A stretch of DNA of 63,887 nt, counting the filler. It is 6 parts of 6 records of this genome, joined end to end, with 100 filler letters (N's around TTAATTAATTAA, not from the genome) between each part and the next. Parts side by side here need not be neighbours in the genome. Positions count along the whole stretch, not along the records: positions 43,891 to 58,775 come from SRR2962707_3655; positions 58,876 to 63,887 come from SRR2962707_3813; 4 more parts are not named here. One strand, written 5' to 3'. The notes under the pieces were generated by a model. That model was not told where the DNA came from. It was given only the letters and a program-made list of their open reading frames with translations, and searched no databases. A program made the translations under genes and the position numbers. The first letter of the stretch is position 1. Each line of letters opens with the position of its first letter. Below are positions 57,201-63,887 of the stretch, piece after piece.

Positions 57201-58412
57201 TACAAAGTTTGCTGAAACGAGTTACGACATTGTATGGGACGCGGCCTGACTTTGACTTGGAGGCAGTCCCGACGAAACCTAAAGTCGTGAAAACCGATGC
57301 CGCAAAGGTTGTCGCCGATGGCGCTGTCAAGCTTGGACAGGACATTTCAAACTTTTTTGCCACGGCTGTTGGCGGTAATGTTGTGGCGACATCGCCAACG
57401 CGAAGCGCCGCTGCGCGAGCTTCAACAGCAGCGCCAGGCTCTCCACAACGACGTTCAAAAGCGTTCGATCCTGCGGAGGTTCGCGTCACGTTTGACATTT
57501 TGGTTGAAGCAGTTTCCGCTTGGCGATTGATACTTATTCCGTGGCAATGACGATGGACAGGTTCGCCGCAAGATTGCGCAGCAGAAAGCTGCTGAGGTTG
57601 CTCGAGCCGTGAAACCACTGGGCGCGAAGCCTACCAACACAGCAGGTGGTATATCTGAGCGACCGGTCGAACGCAAGTTGGAGGAAAGAGACGCTGGGCA
57701 AAGCGAGAGTGATGATTTTGAAAAACCCACAGCAGCAGCAAGCACTTTGGGCAAATCCTCTCCTCGGCAAGGTAAGTCGGACCCAGCGATGCCAGCTTCT
57801 GTCCAAACCTCGGGCATCGACCCCTTTGCAGATCTCGCGGACCTTGCTTCACCAACGGCATCTTTGCTGACAAGTACGTTGGCAGCTGCCAGAAGCACGA
57901 GCGAGGTCGCAGCGGAACTGGACGACTTTTTTGCAGCCACGGACGGAAACAGCGGCATCAACGTTGAAGTCGATACGCCTGCCGTTCCGGCGTCACCGCA
58001 GTCCCAGGTTTCGCCAGTGGCAACAGAAGTCACTCAATCAGACAACGGTTTCACAGCGCAGTCTCTGACAGATTTTTTCTCCGGCAGCGCGGGTGCAGAC
58101 GCGACTGGAGCCAAGTCGGACACGGAGGCACCAAGCTTGTCGCCGACTCCCGACCTTCGAACAGCGTTAATCGACTACTACTATGTGTACAACAAAGAAA
58201 AACTGGTTCGTTATTGGTTGTTCATTCTCTGCATTGTCCGTATTTCCCCCCACGCGTTGGCCTTACGTTTAAGTGGATCGTTTGCGTGGCGGCAGGCAAA
58301 CGTGGACATCATTGTTCAACGATTTGGAGCCCACCCGGCTAAACTTGCAAAAATGTTTGCACAGCTCAAGAAGCTGTACGGAGAAGTACCAGCATACTCT
58401 GGCATTCGTTAA
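51209..58412 (+). CDS. Large multi-exon protein (possibly more than one gene) with PDZ-like domain, ZZ zinc finger and three C-terminal helical repeats
   Basis: PDZ-like WGFDF...GLRVSMVRHNSLAFRAGL...LVEVNG (~51847-52050); ZZ-type CSNC...RWRCLHC..YDLCDFC...H (~54924-55128); many GT-AG introns. The exon model is only partly resolved. Confidence 0.55.
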
Positions 58413-58745
58413 TTTTTTGCGAAGACTGATGTACTTACACTGGCGGCACGCACTTTACAAACAATATATGCACTTCCGCACCGAAAGACAAAACGCCTCA
58501 ATGGCACCGATGCACCCACGCTTGCCACGGCAGCAACTCGTTTCCATCCACCCATACGTGCACACAGACACAGACACAGACACACTTTACACGAGCAACA
58601 ATCGAGCACGTGCATAGAAGTACATTACATAACAAGCATTGCAACGCAGTTGGCACAAACACCAAAGTCGGAAGCACGCGGCTGCACATCGCTTTGTCTG
58701 GACCGCATCTCAAAAATCGACGTCAAGCCACCGGTAAAAACGTGC

Positions 58746-58775
58746 GTGAGTGAGTGAGACAGTGAGTGAGTGAGT
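58746..58775. repeat. (GAGT)n microsatellite at contig end
   Basis: gtgagtgagtgagacagtgagtgagtgagt. Confidence 0.8.
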
Positions 58776-58875
58776 NNNNNNNNNNNNNNNNNNNNNNNNN
58801 NNNNNNNNNNNNNNNNNNNTTAATTAATTAANNNNNNNNNNNNNNNNNNNNNNNNNNNNNNNNNNNNNNNNNNNN
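58776..58875. other. Artificial contig-joining linker 5
   Basis: Same spacer, flanked by simple repeats. Confidence 0.99.
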
Positions 58876-58910
58876 CGCCGCCGCCGCCGCCGCAGCAGCA
58901 GCAGCCGCAG
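58876..58910. repeat. (CCG)n(CAG)n trinucleotide repeat at contig start
   Basis: cgccgccgccgccgccgcagcagcagcagccgcag. Confidence 0.8.
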
Positions 58911-59019
58911 CACGTGCTTCCACCAGGTTGAAGACGATGAGTAGGATAACTCGATAACGGTTTCATGACGTGAGCATCCTCCTCCTCCTGCTGCTGCGTT
59001 CGTACGGCTCGCTCGTCCA

Positions 59020-60061
59020 ATGGCGACGCGGCATTCCCGCGTGGCAACGACTTTTCAACGCGCTGCCGTCGATGCAATTCAAGATTGCTGGGACATTGTG
59101 CGTGAGCGGCCCCCAGACCCTGAAGAAGCAGCACGTGCTGCTTTAGCGAAAGGTGACTATGTTGAAGCCGAACGGGCCTTGCGCCAGTCGATGCTTTCAA
59201 TATCCGCTGAAGGCCCGGGGCCGTATGTTCAGACGCTGTATTTCTACGTCCTGGAGTATCACGTGTTCCACTGGCGCAACAAGAAGAAGAAGACGGCGCG
59301 CGAGGAAGGGCTCGAGAAACGGATTCGCCTGGCGTTTGAGGAAGTGTACCATCTCCACGACACAGCGTGGCCTGTGATATCGGTCCTCGCATACATTCAC
59401 CTCAAGCTGGGAAACCACAAAAAATGTGACTTTCTGATCTTTGAGGCCTGCAAGTTTGTGAACGACAAGCCGTTGCCGTTCATCGTTCAGAGCATGCTGT
59501 ACCAGCAATGGGTGCCACCTCGCCCGCTAAAACCTGAAGACTTTGCGCTCGGCTTCTTGTCCAAGCCGAAGCCCGTTGGCAGCCGCGACATTGACTCGGC
59601 AGTCAAACTCCTCAAGCACGCCATTAAGCTGGACAAACGTGTTGTTCTCGCACACAAGTGTCTCGCGCTGCTGCAACTTCAGTTCTTCGGTGACATGGAG
59701 GTACGGTTTTCGCCTTGATGCGCTTCTTTGCCGTTCCTGCTGTGAATTTTTTTGACGAGGCGTACATAGTACCACACGCGTATTCGCATGTGTGTGTGTT
59801 GCTTGCTTGTGAACTGCTGCGTATCGTCAGGAAGCGCAAGACCTCTTCGCCTACGCTTTGACGCACAATCGGACAGACCCAGACTCGTTGTGGTGGTCGG
59901 GTGAAATTGCGAGCGAGTTAGGCTACTTAAGAGAGAGTCGCAAGTTTCATGAGCAAGCTGTAGCAGCTGATCCAACCTGCGCTCAGGACAACTTTCATTG
60001 CCACGGGGATGCGGGTGGGAGGGCATGGACTTTCGAACGTTTTGCGGCGGTCGGAGTGTAG
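59020..60061 (+). CDS. TPR-like helical repeat protein; exons 59020-59700 and 59831-60061
   Basis: TPR-like segments (ALAKGDYVEAERALRQ; AVKLLKHAIKLD; ESRKFHEQAVAADP). Intron GTACGG...TCAG (59701-59830) joins the two ORFs in frame. Confidence 0.7.
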
Positions 60062-60200
60062 ACTTGGCTGCTGACAGCAATCGATGGCAACGACCAGCTG
60101 CAAGTGTCGGAATTAGAACTCTGTTGATAAAAATTACAAAAATAAATCCGTTGCACACTGTGCAATCCCATGCCAGTTCCTGCCGAGGACGCAGCGCGGC

Positions 60201-63200
60201 TCACTTCCTTTTCCGACGGTTGCGAGTGTGGACGTTCTTCGCACGTTTCGAGCGCTTACCGCCTGCTTTCGCTGCTTTTGAGGCCATGCGCTTGTCGTTC
60301 TTGAGACGCGAGTCGACAAACCGTGTGCCAAAACCACCCTTGCGATTGCCAGTGTTTGTGTTGCTGCCTGACACGACGTATTTTTTCGGGGCGTCACGGA
60401 CTTCTGCTCGCTTGTAGATCTTTCGAATCTCTTTGAGCTTGGATGAATCAGAAATTTCTGGAGCAGCCATAACTTGGGCAACGCGAGCTTTCGCTTTGCG
60501 CAATTTCTGCTGCGCACGAGCACGCTTGCGAGCGCGGGCCTCTGCCACCTTCTTGATGGGTTTTGAGGCCAAATCTGCAAATTGCTGCTTGATTTCATTC
60601 ACCATCGCCTTTGTGATGGGCATCTGAGGTCGGAAGTGCTTGTTCTCGTCCTCAATGAACCACGTGGGCAGGTCCACATCGTTGTGGCAGTACTTATTGT
60701 AGCTCGCGTCGAGGAGCGCCGATGTGCCAGATTTACCGGCTTGCATCATCAACTTGCCCATGGCTAGGATTTCTGCGTGCTCATCTGAACCCACCTTGAC
60801 TTCTGCTAAGTCCTCGAGGACCATCTCGTCGTTGGTTTTCTCCAGCTCGGACACCCGCAAGATTGCCGGCGGAAGGGCTTGCTTGGCAGCGCGCGTCGCT
60901 TTCGCCGGATCCACCGCAGGATTAGTCTTTGCAGCAAGCTCGGCTCGAGCTGCCGGGAGGCTACGCTGCCGTTTTTTGTTCTTGCCTCGTTTTCGCTTTT
61001 CGGAGCCATTCGCTCCATCCGCTACGTCATCGCCAGAGCCAATGGGAGCGTCACCCTCACCCGCCTCGACCTCAACTTCGTTTGCAGTGTCGAGTGTGAG
61101 TGCGGCCTGGTCTATCTTGGAAAGCTGCCGGAACACCTTGTCGTAGCCAGCAAGCCGAAGAGCATTCTTCATCTTCTTGTCTACAGCTCGAAGCGCGCTG
61201 AGATTGTCATGATCGATGGCTGTTTTGGTCAACTTGGCGGTGCTGGTGATGTCTTCGAGGTTGTTGGCTTTTCCGCTAACGTCACCTGCTTTCCGTTTCT
61301 TTCGAGAACTGACAGCATCTGCAGCTGCGTCCCTGGCACTGGCCCCAACACCACGGTCTTCCTCCGCAACACGTGACAAAGCAGGATTCATGACCAAGCT
61401 TGCTTTGTCTTGCTTGACAACTTTGACGCGGATTTTCTGCCCGTTGCCACCAATCAACCCAGCAAGATGGTCTCCATCCTCGTCGCCTAGTTGCCCGTCC
61501 CCAATTCTGCCACTGGTTGAACCATCCCCCGCCTTCGCAAGTCCGTTCTTTTCTCGGTCTCTCTGCTCGCGCAATGCTGCCCTGGCCTCATCGCGCTCGC
61601 GTTGGCGTCGATTCCGATCCTTGCGCTTTTGACGCTCGGATTTAGGTGCGTCAAGCGAAATGTCCCCACTCTCTGCATCAATCTTGAAAATTGGGTTGTT
61701 GAACCACTTATCCACTGCAACGTCTTGCTCTGCTTTGCGATTACCCAAGTCATCAACCAGCGCTGCGCGCTTGCTCCGACGATCGAAGAGCTCAGCCGGG
61801 TCCACACGTGGCACCACAGTGGTTTCCATATCATCGTCGTCGTCGTCGATCTCGTCACCACTGCTTTGCTCGGCCTCACTATCGTCGTCGCTGTTGGCAT
61901 CGCGGACGGAACGCTTGTATTTTTCTTGGTCGGGATCGATTCGAAGAACCTTTTCGGACATAGCTTTTTCCAGCTGCAGCTCTTCCCGGCGTTTCTTGCC
62001 GACAACACCACGCATGGTGCTGTATCGCTCCTCAAGCACGGCATCACGCAATTTCTTTTTTTCACGGCGAAGCACATGATCACGTTCAAAAGCTTCGGCC
62101 ATATCACGGTCGTAGTCGCCGTCGGACGCGTCCGAATCTTCGGCCTCCACATCTGGTCGCATAGACGGCGGTCGCCCTTGTGGGAACAGATTCTTGGCCT
62201 CACCTTCTGCGGCCTCTTCCGCTTCTTCCAACGCGGCGCGGTTCAGATCGTCAATTCGATCATCGCCGAGTGGCACATTTTGAATCAAGTCTACATCTTC
62301 GGCTGTGCGTGCCACAGTAACCTTGAACAACTCCTCATCGTCACCACCTTGGCCTGCTGCGTCCACGTCCACAGACGATTCGTTCATGCCAAGCGCCAGG
62401 CGCATGCGGTTTTTGGCCTTGGTGCGAGCTTCCTTTTTTTTCTTGCGCTTGAGAATTCCAGCTTGCTTCTTGATGGCTGCTGCAAGCTTCTTATCCAACT
62501 CTTGTTCCTCCCGAGCGTCCGAGTCAAGGTCGTCCTCTTCTTCCGCGTCCTCGACAGTTTCTTTTGCATTGTCGTCGTCCAACCCTTGAGCCTTTTTAAT
62601 GGCTGCCACCATGGCGCGGTGCACCTCCTGCATGGCTTTGCGCCATTTCAGAAGCCCCTTAAAGTCAGCCTTGCCAAGAACCTGAAGATCGGCGCAGCAC
62701 GCCACAATCTCATCAGTCGTTGCTTCGTGGTCTCGATAGACACGTGACCGATCGTCAAATTCAAGCTGTTGGAAATCCGATAAGGCTCGAACGGCGTCTT
62801 CACCGTTGGCCTCAACAAAGTCTGCAACTGAGTAGCGCCGATGCAAACCCATCCCCATAGTTTCATCATAACCAGAGCGGTTGCGCACTTTCTTCCCAAT
62901 CTTTTTGTGAAACACATCGGGTTTGGCTTTCGTGGTCTCCACCTGCTCAAAAACGTGCTTAGGGTCAAGCATCCGCGGGTCGATCTTGTCGGGAGCTTTG
63001 TAGCCACGGCAAACCACGAAAATCTCCGCCGACGTGTTACGCGAAGACAGCGGCTTAGTCGCTTCTACCTTGTCAAAAAGTTGTTGGAAAACCCACATCA
63101 ACGCCGTGTATTCGGCGGAACGAAAAACTTTACTGATGAAGCATCCGTCCTCCATCAGGAACTCGCTTGCGAGTTTCACGGAATGGAGTACAAGCTCGGC

Positions 63201-63620
63201 CTGGTTATACGCATCGCGCCCCCAGGCTCCTCCCAAGTTGGGAGCGCCATCGTGCAAGACAACATCAACCTTGCCCTTTGAAGCTTTTGATCCTCCTAGC
63301 AGCTCACGCAATGTGACCCTGCATTTTTGCGTCGTGATGTCGCCAACAAAAGTTTTGACGTTCGGAATCGGTCGGATTGGATCCAGATCCACACCGATAA
63401 TCAGGCTGTTCATGGGCATGGTCTTGGAGGCCACTTGCAGCCAGCCACCAGGGGCTGCGCACAGATCAAGGACCACGTTGGCTTTGGACAAGAAGTCATA
63501 CTTCTTGTTCAGCTGAATAAGCTTGAAAGCTGCACGGGATCGGTACCCTTGCTCCTTCGCCAAATGGTAGTACTTGTCAAGGCGGCCTTTGCCTGTTTTC
63601 TTCTGCTGTTTTCCCGGCAT
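60201..63620 (-). CDS. SPB1: AdoMet-dependent rRNA 2'-O-methyltransferase SPB1/FTSJ3
   Basis: [47 protein letters not shown]; Spb1 C-terminal [29 protein letters not shown]; apparently intronless. Confidence 0.96.
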   Translation of the reverse strand: MPGKQQKKTGKGRLDKYYHLAKEQGYRSRAAFKLIQLNKKYDFLSKANVVLDLCAAPGGWLQVASKTMPMNSLIIGVDLDPIRPIPNVKTFVGDITTQKCRVTLRELLGGSKASKGKVDVVLHDGAPNLGGAWGRDAYNQAELVLHSVKLASEFLMEDGCFISKVFRSAEYTALMWVFQQLFDKVEATKPLSSRNTSAEIFVVCRGYKAPDKIDPRMLDPKHVFEQVETTKAKPDVFHKKIGKKVRNRSGYDETMGMGLHRRYSVADFVEANGEDAVRALSDFQQLEFDDRSRVYRDHEATTDEIVACCADLQVLGKADFKGLLKWRKAMQEVHRAMVAAIKKAQGLDDDNAKETVEDAEEEDDLDSDAREEQELDKKLAAAIKKQAGILKRKKKKEARTKAKNRMRLALGMNESSVDVDAAGQGGDDEELFKVTVARTAEDVDLIQNVPLGDDRIDDLNRAALEEAEEAAEGEAKNLFPQGRPPSMRPDVEAEDSDASDGDYDRDMAEAFERDHVLRREKKKLRDAVLEERYSTMRGVVGKKRREELQLEKAMSEKVLRIDPDQEKYKRSVRDANSDDDSEAEQSSGDEIDDDDDDMETTVVPRVDPAELFDRRSKRAALVDDLGNRKAEQDVAVDKWFNNPIFKIDAESGDISLDAPKSERQKRKDRNRRQRERDEARAALREQRDREKNGLAKAGDGSTSGRIGDGQLGDEDGDHLAGLIGGNGQKIRVKVVKQDKASLVMNPALSRVAEEDRGVGASARDAAADAVSSRKKRKAGDVSGKANNLEDITSTAKLTKTAIDHDNLSALRAVDKKMKNALRLAGYDKVFRQLSKIDQAALTLDTANEVEVEAGEGDAPIGSGDDVADGANGSEKRKRGKNKKRQRSLPAARAELAAKTNPAVDPAKATRAAKQALPPAILRVSELEKTNDEMVLEDLAEVKVGSDEHAEILAMGKLMMQAGKSGTSALLDASYNKYCHNDVDLPTWFIEDENKHFRPQMPITKAMVNEIKQQFADLASKPIKKVAEARARKRARAQQKLRKAKARVAQVMAAPEISDSSKLKEIRKIYKRAEVRDAPKKYVVSGSNTNTGNRKGGFGTRFVDSRLKNDKRMASKAAKAGGKRSKRAKNVHTRNRRKRK

Positions 63621-63837
63621 CGTGTATCAGAGCCCACAGGCGTTTCAACAACTACGACGACGAGAAGAAGAAAAGTCAGGACCAAGCAACAGCGACGAGA
63701 TGAGCGATCGAGCCGCCAAAGAAAGGGGTTGGAACTTTCAACGGTGTTGTTATGATGGCGTTGCCGGGGGTACTGCTGTGGCTGGACGGTGCCAAACAGC
63801 GACGAAAAAGAACGTTCAAAGAAGGGCCAACCACACA

Positions 63838-63887
63838 GGCAGCAGGAGCGGGAGCGAGAGCAGGAGCAGCAGGAGCAGGAGCAGCAG
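63838..63887. repeat. (GCAGGA/GCA)n simple repeat at window end
   Basis: gcagcaggagcgggagcgagagcaggagcagcaggagcaggagcagcag. Confidence 0.7.

Overview
This window is not one locus. It is six unrelated contigs joined by identical 100-bp artificial linkers (N44-TTAATTAATTAA-N44). Contig 1 (1-15564) is from a flagellated microbial eukaryote, probably a stramenopile (inference). It holds a CAP-Gly/SHOCT/Zn-finger gene with a GC-AG intron and a 2-exon ~4240-aa inner-arm axonemal dynein heavy chain. Contig 2 (15665-23477) is AT-rich Flavobacteriaceae-like DNA: purE, purK, hpt, adk, obgE, a DUF4136-like lipoprotein, a TPR protein and a Mur ligase. Contig 3 (23578-38294) is a GC-rich alphaproteobacterium (Parvibaculum-like, inference): secA 3' end, spinster-type MFS, two tandem epoxide hydrolases, SLC13/TrkA-C permease, PAS protein, accA, an ECF41 sigma-factor cassette with an exact TGTCACA-N16-CGTC promoter, xerD, two conserved hypotheticals, aroK and aroB. 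Contig 4 (38395-43790) is from a Devosia-like Hyphomicrobiales: peptide/nickel-type ABC permease and binding protein, a PdhS-like PAS kinase whose catalytic motifs are all degenerate, and the 5' end of tRNA-His. Contig 5 (43891-58775) is eukaryotic with three intron-rich genes (LRR-IQ-WW-Tudor; an unknown coiled-coil protein; PDZ/ZZ/repeat protein). Contig 6 (58876-63887) is eukaryotic with a TPR gene and SPB1/FTSJ3. I found no CRISPR array, prophage or clear transposase. The best leads are the PdhS-like pseudokinase with CtrA-like boxes, the ECF41 cassette between xerD and accA, and unusual protist domain architectures that appear only after splicing.
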